Assembly: GCF_011386835.1 (NCBI RefSeq)
Contig: NC_088803.1
Span: 32,860,001-32,924,000, forward strand
DNA length: 64,000 bases
Direction of reading: 5' to 3'
Origin: Chrysemys picta bellii
Lineage: Eukaryota
Positions within the stretch are counted from its first letter, which is position 1. The number at the start of each line of letters is the position of its first letter. A program made the position numbers and the translations under genes. Under the pieces are notes generated by a model. That model was not told the DNA's origin and searched no databases. It was given only the letters and a program-made list of their open reading frames with translations. This document shows positions 25,001 to 38,879 of the stretch, piece after piece.

Positions 25001-26554
25001 TGTTGGTACGGAAAACCAGCGTCTGGCTGCGATTGAATAAATCCCTGTACTCATACTGTACACATTATTGCAATAATATTTGTACAAGGCATGCCTAGCC
25101 TGAGGTATCATTTGAAAACTCATAATTTGCTGGTGGTCAGTATTATCCCTGGTACAATGTCGCCACACATTCTATGTGAAGTTATAACGTTCCCCTGTAT
25201 GGGGTTAACAACACATGTTTGAAACCCCACTGCCCTGCACAGGCAGAAATCAGGTCTGTCCTAAACAAAAGAGGGAATGTGTGCTTGCTTTAATTTGTAT
25301 TTAAGCAGTAAACAGAATCATCAAGCAGAGAGGAAAACTAAAGGACGCTTACATATGTGGGGAAAAAACCAAGCAGGGAATATCTTTTCACATAGACTGT
25401 CTCTTTGGGTCTCTGCTGGAAATGTTTTTCAAGAGTGGGGCTGAAACTACAAAAAGGGGAGACAGAGGCCCCAAAACCCTCTACTCCCCACACAGACCAT
25501 GCCCATCACATTCACTGCCCCTAAAGAGACAAAGGAAGCAGCTGTTAAACTGTGGGAGGAGTCCTGACCTGTGGATTGATTCTCATGACTGCTGAAAGCA
25601 TGTGGTGAGAACTTTGCTTTGAATCTAATATAGTTTTGTTAGGCAGTGTTTTATCTTGTAACCATTTCTGAGTCTTATGCCTTATTACTTGTACTTTGTA
25701 GTTAATAATAAACTTGTTTTGTTTTATCTAATCCAGTATGTTCAAGTTGAAGTGTCTGGGTAACTTCCTTTGGGGTAGTAAATTGTGTGCCTGTTATTAA
25801 GGCTATGATTATGTCACTGAATCCGTGACTTCCAGAGACCTTTGTGACATTTTCTTCCCTGGAGCTGGCAGGCTGAGCAGCTCTCAGCTGCTGCTGGTGG
25901 CGGAGCCCCTGAGCACCAGGGGGACCCTGCAGCTCCCAGTCCCCACAGGTGGCGGGGGACACCCCACAGCTCCCAGCTGCCATGAATGGTGGGGGAACCT
26001 TCTCCACAACTCCAGGCAGTAAGGAGACCTCAGAGCTCCCTGTGGGTGGCAGGGTCCCCCAGCTGCTCAGTGTCTGTGGGTGCTGGACCCTCCTTCCTCC
26101 CCACTTTGTCAGGAATATTTTTAGTAAAACCCACAGGTCATAGGCTTCTGTGGATTTTTGTATATTGCCCGTGACCTGTCTGTAATTTTTACAAAAAAAA
26201 AATCCGACAAAATCTGAGCCTTACCTATTATTCTCCTAAAGGATTAACGGACTTAACCTATTTGTGCTGTCCAGGAGAGGGCTTAGCAGTACAGGACATA
26301 TATTCCTGGGGAGAAATATGGGAGTGTGTTGGGATCACCCTGTAGTAGTAATTAAAGCTGGCAAGAGTCAAGGTGTGGCTGGCTGGCTGCAGCGCATACA
26401 GACATAGATGAGAGTGATTTACATTCTGGAGGCTGTTTGAAGAGCAGTCCAGGTTGGAGACTACAGCAGCAAGGCATTGTAACCTGAGGTGCCCTTTACA
26501 GGGCAGGGATAACACAGCTACTCATTGGTCTGGACTGTACCCTTGTATGTCACA
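25001..26554 (+). mobile_element. Solo LTR of an LTR retrotransposon (boundaries approximate), interrupted by a MITE
   Basis: TGT...TGTCACA ends, internal AATAAA at 25707-25712, LTR-like composition; no clean TSD found. Confidence 0.55.
25801..26220. mobile_element. Harbinger-type MITE (420 bp) nested in the LTR
   Basis: Ends GGCTATGATTATGTC / GACAAAATCTGAGCC; flanked by TAA / TTA (TWA target). Confidence 0.75.
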
Positions 26555-28847
26555 CCTGGGGCTAGTCAGACTCTTGGGCTGCGTCACCCTTGCCAGTTCT
26601 AACTAACACTCTCCTAGATCATGCTTTGAAAAGCATTCCTTAGTTTATCTTGGGGTATGTATGTAAGAAGGGGGCATTGTGGGGGAGAGACAGCACTGAA
26701 ACAAACCATGGCTGTAGGAAGCGCTGATCTACAAGAAAGCAAAACAAACCCCCATAAGCCTCAGAATGCAGGCAAGGGATTCCCTGCAATTTTTATACTA
26801 TGCTTCCAGCCTGTGCTGCTTGTAAGGAGCAAGGCTGGATTGAGGTCTCTGAGTCAGGGACTTGATCATCACCCAGATGTCCTCTAAGCTGGTTATAACA
26901 TGTAGTGTAGCTGGGACCAATACTGTCCCAGTGACTGGGCTAAAACCTTGGACTGTCTGCTAAGCTGCATGAACATGGACCTGTTGATGTGGATTACAGC
27001 AGGAGAACATCTTTAGCACCGTAACTGCCTTCACTCTGCAAAATGGAACACCTTTTCTGCTATGGGGAGAAGGAAACCACATGAGGCCACGTATCTAATG
27101 TATGCCCAGCCCTTGTCATCACTGCACTTATTCTTGCAATGCTGCACCAGCAATATGGTTAATTATACCTGTTTAAAACTGGCACTAACATGATATAAAG
27201 GTTGAGGAAACAATGCACTCAGAAGTCAGAAATTGTAGAGTGAAGGCTGAATTGCCCCTTGTGCATATGCCTTACTTAGCATGTAGTGTCTGTCACTTCC
27301 ACTTTGTCACTTGTCAAATATCACACTTTCTATAGTAAAAGCTTCCAGTTTCATAATCCTGCATACAAGCTGTACTACTGTGTAAAACAGACTATGCATC
27401 TAACATGCTATCCTAGCCAGAATATTAGGCCGTGTGTGTCTGCACTGAAATGACAATGTGAGCTATAATCTCTTCAAACAAATGAGTCAAATTTTAAAGT
27501 CACAAGACTAGGACAAATAAGAACATATTTTTAGTGTTAGGGTCATAATGATTTAACCATTTCTTGCTTTGCAATAGTCTCTCTATTGCGGAAAGGGGTA
27601 AAGTAATTAAAAAATCCTAAACCTATTAAACAATATATTATGAATGTATTGGTCTCTGTCTGCCTTACCATCTCCTATCAAAAACATCATGCACAAACTT
27701 GTCCAGTTTTTAAACAGCTTAGAAATTTTTTTAGGGATCTGTTTGTTTGGATCTGGGCCACACCTATTAATTCTTTCCCTTCTAGCAATGTTACACAGTT
27801 ACATAAATATTAAACTCCATCCTCCCTTTATGCTGCTTGCCAAGACATTCCAGCTCTTTTCACCCAAATGTTCCACTGCTTATGAGCTGAAGTTTGTCTT
27901 GGCCAAATCAAATGGATCCTTAATTGCTCCCGTATCAAGTTTCTAACCAATTTGTCTTGTGTAGCTGCAGTTCCCTAATAAATGCTGTGTTGCTTTTCAA
28001 AGTTCTTGCACGTGTAGCTTCCCTCTCTGATGCAATAGGATTTTATCTGCAAAGACAACCCTCTGGCCAGAATGCTGTGATTTCCCCCTCCCTTTCCCTC
28101 CCTAGTCTGTAAACAGCTGATGTTCATAGTTTTGCACAGCAGCAGTGGTGTTAAACTTCACCTGATGCTAGCCAGTTTCACTACTGCCAGTGGGAACCCC
28201 CGGGCAGCTATGAAACTGTCCAATGTCAGTTTCACACTGCTGTTTGAGGGGAGCTGAAGAGGCAGGCATTTAGCTTCTTGGCAGGTGGGACTGAAGATGC
28301 CAAAACTGGGAAGCTGGCAAAAAGATGGCCTAGAAGTCCTTTTTGTTTGGTCCTGCTGCATTTGTGTGTGTGTGCTCCCACTCCCCCACCTGCCACCCCT
28401 ACCAGCCAGAAGGCTCTGAGGTGGGGAGAAGAAAGCAAGCGCAATCTTTTTGTCAGCAGCTAGTATCTGAGGTAAGGGGGATGTCCTTCATCTCGTCATC
28501 TTTGCCGCCGATGTCTACTAGTGTGGCTTCTTAGCAAGATTGAGGCCCTGTGCAGAGTCTAGGGCTAGCAGCTGAAGATGGCAGACTAGCTGGGCTTTTC
28601 GCTAGAGGCTGAGCCAGTGGGAAAGCATTGTTTTTGTTGGTTAAAGTTAGACATTTAAACCATGCCCTAGACCTAATCTAGTTGATAAACACCACACAAA
28701 ACATGCACTTCTAGCAAAAACAATTGCTAGAGGCAATGGGCCAGATCTTGTTTTCTCACAGTAACGTAACCTCCAGAATAGCTGTTTATTGCCACTGAAT
28801 TATTGCCCAGATCTTTGGGCCCCATAGCTCCTATAACTTGTATCTTA

Positions 28848-29126
28848 GGCTTGGTCTACACTTAAAATTAGATGGATCTAGCTACGTCACTCAGGGCTGT
28901 GAAATTTTTCACACCTCACATGCTATAGTTGCATCAAATTAACTCTTGGTATAGGTGCAGATAGGTTGATAGAATTCTTCCATCACCCTAGTGACTACTG
29001 CTTGGAGAGGTCAATTAACTACTTCAATGAGAAACACCCATCCATCAATGTAGGAGGCATATACTCTGGCTCTACAGCAGCATAGCTGCATCACCGTAGC
29101 TGTGTTACTGTTGTATAGACATAGCA
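28848..29126. mobile_element. Harbinger MITE (279 bp)
   Basis: GGCTTGGTCTACACTT / GTATAGACATAGCA ends, same TIR family as 73-4817; TTA TSD at 28845-28847 and 29127-29129. Confidence 0.8.
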
Positions 29127-29342
29127 TTAAGATGTCCTATAATGCTACTAAGAACCAAGCAGGCATCAAACAACCGAAAGAGAATGTCTTGCTCATTTTC
29201 TCCCTTGTACTCCAAGGTTTGACTTGGCATAAGGTGCCATAATTGGTCAGATGTCTAGTATCCTGTCTCTGACAGTGGCTAATACCAGAAGAGACAAAGG
29301 CAGCATCTCCTTCCCCCGCCAAGTCCTTTCTATAATTGAACT

Positions 29343-29533
29343 GAGGGATAGCTCAGTGGTTTGATCATTGGCCAGCTAAACCCAGGGTTGTGAGTTCAAT
29401 CCTTGAGGGAGCCACTTAGAGATCTGGGGCAAAATCAGTACTTGGTCCTGCTAGTGAAGGCAGGGGGCTGGACTCAATGACCTTTCAAGGTTCCTTCCAG
29501 TTTGAAGAGATAGGATATCTCCATTAATTTATT
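29343..29533 (+). mobile_element. tRNA-derived SINE with CR1-type 3' tail (turtle polIII/Cry-type SINE)
   Basis: A-box GGATAGCTCAGTGG, B-box GAGTTCAATCC, CR1 tail GGACTCAATGACCTTTCAAGGTTCCTTCCAG; imperfect TSD TATAATTGAAC / TATAATTTAAC. Confidence 0.85.
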
Positions 29534-32500
29534 TATAATTTAACAGTATTTTACAGGGTCCTGGAGGAGGATTTTTTTCCTGCTTACCTGTAACTTACAC
29601 TCAAACTAACAATGCCCTCCACCCTGCCCTTTGCTAACTTCAAATGGCAACCAGAAACCAATTCAAGGTATGTGTATTATGGGAGGGAATACAATGAGCA
29701 TTTGGACAATCATCTCTGGAGTGAGCGAGGTCAGGCTTTTTAATCTGGGAGGATCATGTTCTGAATATGCTGCTTTTGGTTGCTAACAAACAATAACTTT
29801 AAAAATACACCTAGGCAGTTTAAAAAAAAGAAACTTGTCAGGTCAGCTGTTGATCTATATGTGCATGACAACCCACAACGATGCCACCCAAAACACAATA
29901 GAACAGGAAAGGCCAAGTGCTACGGGGCTGAATTTTTAAAGATGTAGTGTCTTGAGGGCCAGAATTCCATGTCAATCAGTGTTAGGGTATGAAAGAGGGA
30001 GTAAGAGATAAGATTTTTTTTTTTTATGCTGCCCTACAATGTGAGTGAAAAGGGGTCACTTGAGAGAGAAAAAAGGACACGTGAATTTAAAATGAATAAA
30101 AGACACACCATTTCAAGTCGTTCTAATCCACCTAAGGAATTTGCAACCCCAAGAGATCAGTCAATTACTATAGCTGAAGTTAAAAATAGCCTTGATTAAA
30201 ATTAGGACCAATAATGTGTAATTAGACACAATAAAAGCAGTCACTAAATCTCATGCTTCAGGGCATAAACTGACTGAGAGTTAGGAAGAAAGTTATTTTC
30301 TTTCTTTCCCAGCCCAGTGTACAACACTGCGTACCTGGCTTGGTACTATGTGCTCTGTATAGAGGTTGGGGTTGGTTTCCTCTGAAGCTATGGGTATTAA
30401 CTACAGCCAAAGGCAGGATATTGGATTAGATGGACCAATGGTCTGACACTTCTTCAATAATAAGAGCAGGCTCCCGATTCAGGTTTTTCTTGGTGGTTAA
30501 AGACTAGCTGGAAGGAAGTGCCTTTTCCAGGGGTGGCTGTGAAAATATAAAATACGTGAATGGAAACATTGGTCTACTTGTGTTTGGCTTGGAATGCTGG
30601 TCTGTCCAGTGCAGTAGGAAAACAGCCCCTCTTTCCATATTCCTGTACCTGACAGTAATGCGCAGAAGGAGGATTGGAGTTCTGTGGCTCAGAGGTAGAT
30701 GTGGACCTACAAGAAGAAACTTGGCCTTGTGACTAGTCCAGTTCAAGTGTACACATAGCTCACTGAGGAAGGTAAAGTCCAGAGGTGGTAGTGCTGGCTA
30801 GAAATAAATCACAGTACTCAAGCAATGTGCTTAAATTTAGCATGTTACTATAGCACTGATACCAGAATTCTGGAAATCTCAGATTCAGTAGGGGCATGGT
30901 AGCAGATAGGATTATCCAATAAGGGATAAACGCACTTCTACAGGTGCCAGAGCTACTTGAAACCAGAATTGCCTGCTGTAACTTGCATACAACTCAAACT
31001 ACTACATGAGACTGGCCTCTTCTTCAGGGATTACCTCTGTCACATAATGCCCTGGGTCTGCATAGAAACTTCCAAATGTTGGGAGGTATTGAGTGTTTCT
31101 TTATCTTGGGTTTTTATCAGATAGGAAAGTTGCTGATTCAGGCCAGCTCTTGCAGTGCCTTCAAGGGGCTAATCAATTCCAACTGGTGTAGTTCAGTAAA
31201 GGTTGCTGATGTAGCATTATCTCTATTCTATACAAGGAGGGATTAAAATCCGAGTTTAGAGAAGTAAACAAGTGATTCAGGTACCGGAAATAGCAAGGGA
31301 GGTGTAGCTATTAATCTGTATTGTTGTAACGTGCATAGCTGGTGCAATAAAGGGAAACGACAAGAGAATGAATAACTTCTATCCACCTGTGCCTGTAAAT
31401 GTACCCTTCAGTGGCAGAAACTAGTCACGCTGCTCACCCGAGACTAAAACAACTCCTGTGGCCTAAAACCCACACTAAAGCTGAGGCCTGGATCATCCTG
31501 CAGGGATCAAAGTATGGAGAGAGTCTACTATACACCCATCCTGCATGTGCGCACACATCCCTCCTGAAGCAGTGAAGAGTGAAATTTCATGAATAAGAAT
31601 AGGTGACGGAATGCAAATACACAAGTGGGTACTGTACCCTTGTTTGTGTGAAAAGTCCCTTGGTCTCTGTATGCCAAGAGCAGTTAGGAACCTCCATTCC
31701 AAGCTTTCTCTTGAAGACCAAATGTGGTAAAAGGGAGAAATTGCTTTCACTGGGTTTCTCTCCCCTTGCAGAGCTTAGAGAAGTTCTCTATTTAAAACCG
31801 CGGTTCAGAAATGTTTGAAGCTCTGATGAGTTCAGCACTTGGTTTACAGATTTGGACGATACTGGCCTTTCTAGTACATCCATAAATTTAGATGGAGTGT
31901 GTATATATTTTTAAAAAGAGAGACAAACTTCCCCCTCTCCCTCCCAATTTCCAAGCAACTTCTCTGATCTAGTATGTACCTATGTCTGCATCTTAATAGC
32001 TTGGTATGGTGTGCAGCTGTAACATGCCATGATTCCATGTAAAACCCCAGGTTCAGAATGAACTTTGCCTAAACTGTAAATGTGGTCTGTCTCTTCATAG
32101 ACTTCACTTTTTCTTTCCCCTCCCTTCCATAGCCTTATAATGAGGCTTAAATATTTCTGGATGCACATGTTCCCCTCTAGGCTAAAAAGAAAGTTAAGGT
32201 GGTGGGCAAGTGGTTCTGTAACACTGGTGGATGAGATCATGGTTCCAATGCCACTTCAGTTCCAGGTGAACTCTACTGTTTGCTGAATTGGGGAGCTCAT
32301 TTGCAGTAGAGGTGACCACCTGGGGGAAGAAACGCTGGCCAGAAACGTCATAATACTCTTCTCATGGTCAGTCTAAGGAGTAGCACTGTCATCTTTCTAG
32401 TTGTAAAGCTATGTAGCTAGGCAGTTTCAATGTTTAGCAAAAGGTCTGGTGACACTTGTGTATGAGGGGGAGAGTGGATGGATAAACTTTCAGCTTGAGG

Positions 32501-32840
32501 TCATGCACAATCCTAAATGAGGGAAGGGTGTAAATGCATTAAACAAAAAGTAATTAAACAGTGAGAGAGATGACTATCAAACAGCAACAGATTGTTATTG
32601 CCTAACGACTGGTGAGTCAATATTTGATTTTGATTGAACCTTGGGGCAGCTAGTGAGTGATGGACTAGTAGAAACGCCCTGAAGCCAGAACGTGTGATCA
32701 TACTGCATTCACTAGCATCTAGCTTTCCAAAGTAAGTCACTTGTACCCTGTGAACCAGAAAGGTAGTTTCAGTCCACTGGTATTTTAGTTTCTGCCACTG
32801 TAGTGCCAGGCATACAAAGCAAAAGGTGAGGACAGTGCCA

Positions 32841-33273
32841 CAGGGGTGACCAACCTGTGGCTCTGGAGCCACATGTGGCTCTTCAGAAGTTAATATGCAG
32901 CTCTTTGTATAGGCACCGCCTCTGGGGCTGGTGCTATAGGCGCCAATGTGCCGGGGTGTGTGTGTGTGTGTGCTCACTGCTCAACCCCTGGCTCTGCCAC
33001 AAGCCCTGCCCCCGCTCAACCCCTTCCCGCCCCCTCCCCTGAGCCTGCTGTGCCCTCGCTCCTTCCCCTTCTCTTCTGCCCCTCCCCCCCCCCTCCTGCA
33101 TGCCACAAAACAGCTTATCGGGGGGGAGAGGCATTGATTGGCGGGGCTGCCGGTGGGTGGGAGGCACTGGCAGGCGGGCGGTGGGGGGGTGCTACTGACA
33201 TATTACAGTGGCTCTTTGGCAATGTACATTGGTAAATTCTGGCTCCTTCTCAGGCTCAAGTTGGCCACCCCTG
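32841..33273. mobile_element. hAT-type MITE
   Basis: TIRs CAGGGGTGACCAAC / GTTGGCCACCCCTG (13/14); TSD not preserved. Confidence 0.75.
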
Positions 33274-33384
33274 CTTTATGTCTACACCAGGGATGGGCAA
33301 CCTACGGCCTACGGGCTGAATCCAGCCCGTCAAGGCTTTGAATCTGGCCCGTGGGATTTCCGGCCCCTGGTGGACACAGCCTAA

Positions 33385-33482
33385 GCCTTAATGTCTACAC
33401 CACACCTTAGTCTGAGCCCTGCAAGCCTGAGCCAGCTGGCATGGGTCAGACATGGGTTTTTAATTGCAGTGTAGACATACCC
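33385..33482. mobile_element. Small Harbinger MITE remnant
   Basis: ATGTCTACAC near 33391 and GCAGTGTAGACATACCC ending 33482, followed by TTA. Confidence 0.55.
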
Positions 33483-34539
33483 TTAGAAGCACCTTCACTA
33501 ATGACGCCTTTCAAATGGCAAGTATTGGTGAGATTACAGCTGGGTGAATAAAATGCAGCCAATAACTGGTTTGACCGATTTAGAATGGGCTTTTCAATAG
33601 CGGCCAGTGTTGATCTATCTGTTCCCCTTGAATTAAACAGGAGTTTTCTAGCATTGACTTAATGGTGGTAGCGGTAGACCAAAACTGAATGCTCTTGCTA
33701 AATACCTTTAGCCTCCCTCTTCTGGCTGTCACAACAGCTTATTATTTCCTCAAATTATTCGAATAATGCTTGGAGGGTAGCTTGTTGCAAGTGCTCGAAA
33801 GCTAAAATTCAAGCTGTTTAATTTTCACTAGTACTGCTTATCTTCCTTGATTTGATATGCATGACTTTTAGAATTGGGATTCTTGTGAAAATGTGGACTT
33901 TTTCAACTCAAAATCTACTTTCAGTGGATATTTTCTAATGTCCACTTAAATTGTGGTTTCTGCAAACACTTTCTACAGTAAACTCTTGTTAGGACACATG
34001 CAAAAAGCAAATCTGTTTAAAAACACCTGAGTATTTCTGCAGACTCTAATTACCAGTGCTTTGGAACAGGGTACAATGGTGAACAAAAAAGTAAATCTCT
34101 GTACTTGTGGGAAGTAACTTTGTGTGTGAGCAATACCACACAAGTAGAGGTTATGCAGCGTACCTATACACACCTTGGGGCTGGGTTACACCTCATAAGT
34201 GCAGTTCCCATACACCTACATTACTTGTATAGCCACTCTCCTTTGATGAGCCAGTACTTTGGAATATGGCGAAACAAGCCATCAAATTGAATTTTTTTTA
34301 CCCATCTCCATCATCCCCAAGCCAGATGCACTTCTTCTGAATGATGAAGGGCTAGATATCTAGCTCTGTGATGACATTTGGAGTCAGCTAGATGGGTTGC
34401 TAGAACACATATGGCTGTGGTCCTAGTTCTTAGTAGCCTGGAAGAGAAGGATCTTCCTGTCTTGGGCTTTGTCTACACTAGAGGAATTATTAGCAGAAAG
34501 CGTGCAATGGTGCTAATGCTGGTGGAAAGCTGATCTTTT

Positions 34540-34760
34540 GGTGAAGGCACTGGACTGGGACTCAAACTATTAATACCTGGCTCTATCAGGGTTCAGTTCC
34601 CAGCTCTGCCCCAGACTCCCTTTCTGACCGTGGATAAACAGCTTAATGTCTGTGTGCATGGGGATGATGATGATGATGTATCCCTATCGGACAGGGGTGT
34701 TGTGAGGATAAATTCATTAAAGCTTGAGAGATGCTCAGATACTACAGGGATGGAAGACAT
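34540..34760 (+). mobile_element. MIR/CORE-SINE-like ancient repeat
   Basis: GCACTGGACTGGGA...TTCCCAGCTCTGCC...GACC motif followed by a GTTGTGAGGATAAA tail. Confidence 0.5.
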
Positions 34761-35272
34761 GTTAGATAGTCCAGTATAGATAGGAGCTTTTAGGTCTAAA
34801 ACTCTCTCGAGCCGCAGTGAACTGATCAGCGACTGTAGGGCTAAGACAAATCCTTGCAGCAGGAGGTGTTCAGCCCAGAGTATCTGGGAGCAAGGGAGTG
34901 GAGCCAACTCTGCAAGATTGCTGACTGTGCCACGCCAGCTCCCCAGGTGCTGAAATAAGATGTCCTTATGCAAGGTTGTGCAGAAAAGCAAACCATAACA
35001 TGTGAGAGCATTAACAGGTGTGGGAATAATCCATCTGGGATCATCCTGTATACTCCAGGGCATAGTGAGTTTGACTAAATTGTGGGAACATAAGATGATC
35101 ATTTTGCCAAACAATAACAACCAAAAGCAGCATGAAAGTCTCATTATACAGCCAGACATGTTTCTGAATGAGAACTGACTGGGGGAGCTACTGATCTAGA
35201 CAGGCAAGTCATGCTTACTTGTGTAATGAGAGAGTCAGGCTCTGGGCCTCATGGCGTCTTCTGTTTCTGCAG

Positions 35273-35440
35273 GTGATCGCTCTGGTTATGGATTCCTTCA
35301 CAGATATTGATATCTTCAGTGATCTTCAGGAAGCCTATAGAAAGCGGAAGATTCCGGTCTACATCCTTCTGGACCAAGATTTTCTACCCCACTTCATGGA
35401 AATGTGCAGGAGTCTGGGAGTCTGCCCTGAGCAGGAAGGT
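35273..35440 (+). CDS. FAM83D: FAM83D exon 2 (copy 1)
   Basis: CTGCAG|GTG...GGT|GTAAGT, 168 nt; [21 protein letters not shown]...VYILLD. Confidence 0.95.
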
Positions 35441-36703
35441 GTAAGTATTAGAGGCGTTTTCTATGGTAAATTATAGCATTGCCTTTGAAAGACACGCCAG
35501 TATTTCACATGCTGCCTATAGTTGAACATTTTAGATACTCTTTTATGTTTGTTTGGAAGCCTCTGTGTATCCCAAAGGTTGGGGATTTACACTGCAGGAT
35601 TTGAATCTGGGCTCTGCATTAACCCAACATGATAGGCTCCCAAAACCAGCAAGAGCCACGTAGAAGCAGCATATTGGCCCTTATCCCAACTTATACGTAT
35701 TGTATTGCAATACTATTCAGAGGCCACAGTTGTAGGGAGTAGCCCCATTGTTCTGAGTGCCATACGTACGTATAGGAAGAGACTGTCCTTGTCCCGAAGA
35801 GCATGCATTCTAAATCACATGTGGCTTTTATAATCTGTTCTCCCCTCCCCCCATAATATGCATTTCTTTTTAAATGAAGTGTCAAATGTCAGACCCACCT
35901 GATGTAGTCATGTAGGTCATGTGATGTATTCCAGTTCTTCAGAATCCGTTTTAATTATGAATAATTAAAAAAAAAAATTCTAGCTCTCATGGTTGAGGAA
36001 TCTTCCAAGCGTAAAGCTATGCAGTGTTGCCTTAAGTTTTCAGAAATCTTGAAGTGTGAACTCCCCTGCCCCTGATTTACTCTCACTGAGAGGTTGGTAC
36101 TAAAGCCCAATGATGACATTCAGGGGACAGAATAAGGGATGGAGTAGGATTTGGAAGTTTCTGCAGGGCAGGAAATGCAGAGGGACCAAAAGGGTGGTGG
36201 GGACAAAGGTAGGGAAGAAATAATGGTACCCCCAAAGATGAGGCTATTTTCCCAATAAGTGCTGCTGAATGTGAAAATCTGGTACTAAATCACTAATGAT
36301 TAAAAGTTCAATTATTACAGACAAGGCCATTTCTACCTTCGATCTTTGTGCAAACCTCCAGTTGACAATAGTGAGAGTTTCTTTTAGTCCTAACCTATGC
36401 CTTGACTAATGACCCATAATTAAAATGGAATTGGGGCATCTCTGCAGATTGAGTCTGACATCTCTGTAAGCTGTGTAGAGACAAGGAACTCAACCACATT
36501 TATCTCTATAGTGGTTAGCACAAATTTGCTGTTATTAATGGTTAATAATAGTGTCACTTACTGTCCAGCAAGTATTAATACTAAGTGGTATTAAGCAAGT
36601 CAGTTTCTTTCCTCTCTCCACTGCATGGTTTATATGTTTATATGTTGAAGAGAATTGTTGACTCTTATGAAAATCAGTTTAATGTATTTTTTCTTTTAAA
36701 CAG

Positions 36704-36828
36704 CTGATGAGAGTTCGAACTATAACTGGGAACACTTACTACACAAGGTCAGGAGCTAAAATTGTTGGGAAAGTCCATGAGAAGTTCATGTTAATTGATG
36801 GCATTAGAGTGACGACAGGCTCCTACAG
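36704..36828 (+). CDS. FAM83D: FAM83D exon 3 (copy 1), GC donor
   Basis: AAACAG|CTG...TACAG|GCAAGT, 125 nt; [41 protein letters not shown]. Confidence 0.93.
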
Positions 36829-37296
36829 GCAAGTTCTGGGGTCCTTTGCATTTCTTTAGGTCTTTGTGGGGAGGAGATTTCTGCAAGAAGTGAAAACTAA
36901 CTTGAAAGATATAGGATTGGCTCAAAAGCAATATTGGTGGTTCATCTATCTAATGCTATTAACTTTTTGAATCTGAATCAGCCTTGAGTAATGGGAAATT
37001 GAGAGTGGCTGCATTTCAATTGAGCGCTCAGATCCATAGAGGAGGATCATGGGGAGGAAAACATTTTGTCTCATTGCTTCTGTTTCTGGCAGGCTGAGCT
37101 CCCTAGTACGCTATTTCCTGTAACTTCCACCATTTGTGGGAACTTTCTACCATTTGTATTATTCAAACACCTACAGCCAGTTGTGCAAGGGCAAGCATAT
37201 TTCTCACTTAGTTTTTGTTGCTGCATCAGAGATGAAACCTAGTTGCATGGTGGATTCCTAAAAACCAGTGCACAACCACATGACCATACGTTAGCT

Positions 37297-37706
37297 CAAT
37301 GGTTTTCAACCAGGGGTATGGATACCCCTAGAGGTACACAGAAGTCTTCCAGGGGGTACATCAGCTCATCAAGATATTTGCCTAGTTTTATAATAGCTTA
37401 CATAAAAAGCACTAGCAAAGTCAGTACAAACTAAAATTTCATACAGACAATGACTTGTTTATACTGCTCTATATACTATACGCTGAAATGTAAGTACAAT
37501 ATTTATATTCCAGTTGATTTATTTTATAATTATATGGTATAAATGAGAAAGTCAGCAATCTTTCAGTGATAGTGTGCAGTGATACTTTTGTATTTTATGT
37601 CTGATTTTGTAAGCAAGTAGTTTAAGTGAGGTGTAACTTGGGGATACAAAAGACAAATCGGACTCCTGAAAGGGGTACAGTAGTCTAGAAAGGTTGAGAG
37701 CCACTG
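37297..37706. mobile_element. hAT (Charlie-like) MITE in FAM83D intron 3
   Basis: CAATGGTTTTCAACC / GGTTGAGAGCCACTG ends; flanks CGTTAGCT / CATTATCT (6/8). Confidence 0.75.
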
Positions 37707-37921
37707 CATTATCTCAACAGGCTTCTGTATGACTATGGCATAAAGTGTCATCGATTGCATAAGGACTGGATATGGATAGCCCTAATGGAAAGTTATACCT
37801 CACCTAAACACATAACCCGCCTAATCTGTACTTGTCACTCGGTGTGTGTATAGTTGTACTATTCATTCTAATGTACCAGTTAAAGTGAGATTAACTGTGA
37901 ATCTCCATTTGTTTTCAATAG

Positions 37922-38879
37922 CTTCACGTGGACTGATGGGAAATTAAATAGCAGTAACTTGTTGCTGCTGTCAGGCCAAGTGGCTGAACACTTTGATCTG
38001 GAGTTCAGGATCCTTTATGCACAGTCAAAACCGATCAGCCCTAAGCTGCCATCCAGCTGCCGGAGCAGTGGAATATTTGATCACCTGGTCAATGGAATAA
38101 AATCACCCAAAGACTACACTGTGGGAAACCTCTTGAGAGCCGAGTTGGCCAGACTGTCAAGCACCCCCAAGAAACCACTGAAAAAAACAGATTTGGCTAA
38201 CAACACTGAAGGAAGCAAATCCTATAACCTAGGTCCTTCCTACATCGGCACAGAGGAGTGGTTTGGAAGTCAGGAGGCCATAGTGGAACCAAAGGAGGTG
38301 AACAGCATGTCTACTCAAACTGAACCATGGGAAGAGAAGCCCACAGTGACACTCTCTAATGCTGTCACGCAAACCAGTGTTGTAATGGTAGCATCTGGAA
38401 CCCAAACCTCTGTTGCTGCTAGAATGGCTGGCACTCAAACAGTTGTGCCACGGAAGACTGCTATGACCCAGACAGACAAGAAGGAGAGTGTGGAAGAGCA
38501 TCTACTGCTGAGACAACAATCGAAAGAAGGATCTCCTTCATCTGGAAAGTCCACATCAACTTCTTCTAGTCTACGGTCACTTTCTTCATCATCTTCCCAG
38601 TGCTCTCTGGCAAGCTCTACCAGCTCGCTGTCCTCTCTGAGGTCCATTGAGTACTCTGGCAACCACAGGGCAGAGTACTTCCAAAAACTGCATAAAGAGA
38701 GGCAGGTCCACTACTCTGTTATCAGGTCCAAACTTAACCATATGGTTGCTATCCTCTCCCGAAGGGGACGCGTGCCTGAAAACTGTACAAGCTGCCACGT
38801 TGTAAGCTGCAATGTAAAACAGAGGCGTGAGATCAGCACCAGCCTACTCAGCCTCAGAGACATTTCAGTGTTCAAATAA
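37922..38879 (+). CDS. FAM83D: FAM83D exon 4 (copy 1); spliced CDS 1713 nt = 570 aa
   Basis: CAATAG|C TTC ACG TGG; FTWTDGKLNSSN, HFDLEFRILYAQSKPISPK, LARLSSTP, five TQT motifs (38313-38474), Ser-rich tract, IRSKLNHMVAILSRR; TAA ends at 38879. Confidence 0.96.

Noticed and set aside
29343-29415. tRNA gene (also 58560-58633)
   Set aside because: tRNA-like A/B boxes run directly into CR1-type tails; these are SINE heads, not cloverleaf tRNAs.
34593-35159. 188-aa antisense ORF in FAM83D intron 1
   Set aside because: Overlaps a MIR-like repeat, has no recognisable domain or splice context; consistent with chance.
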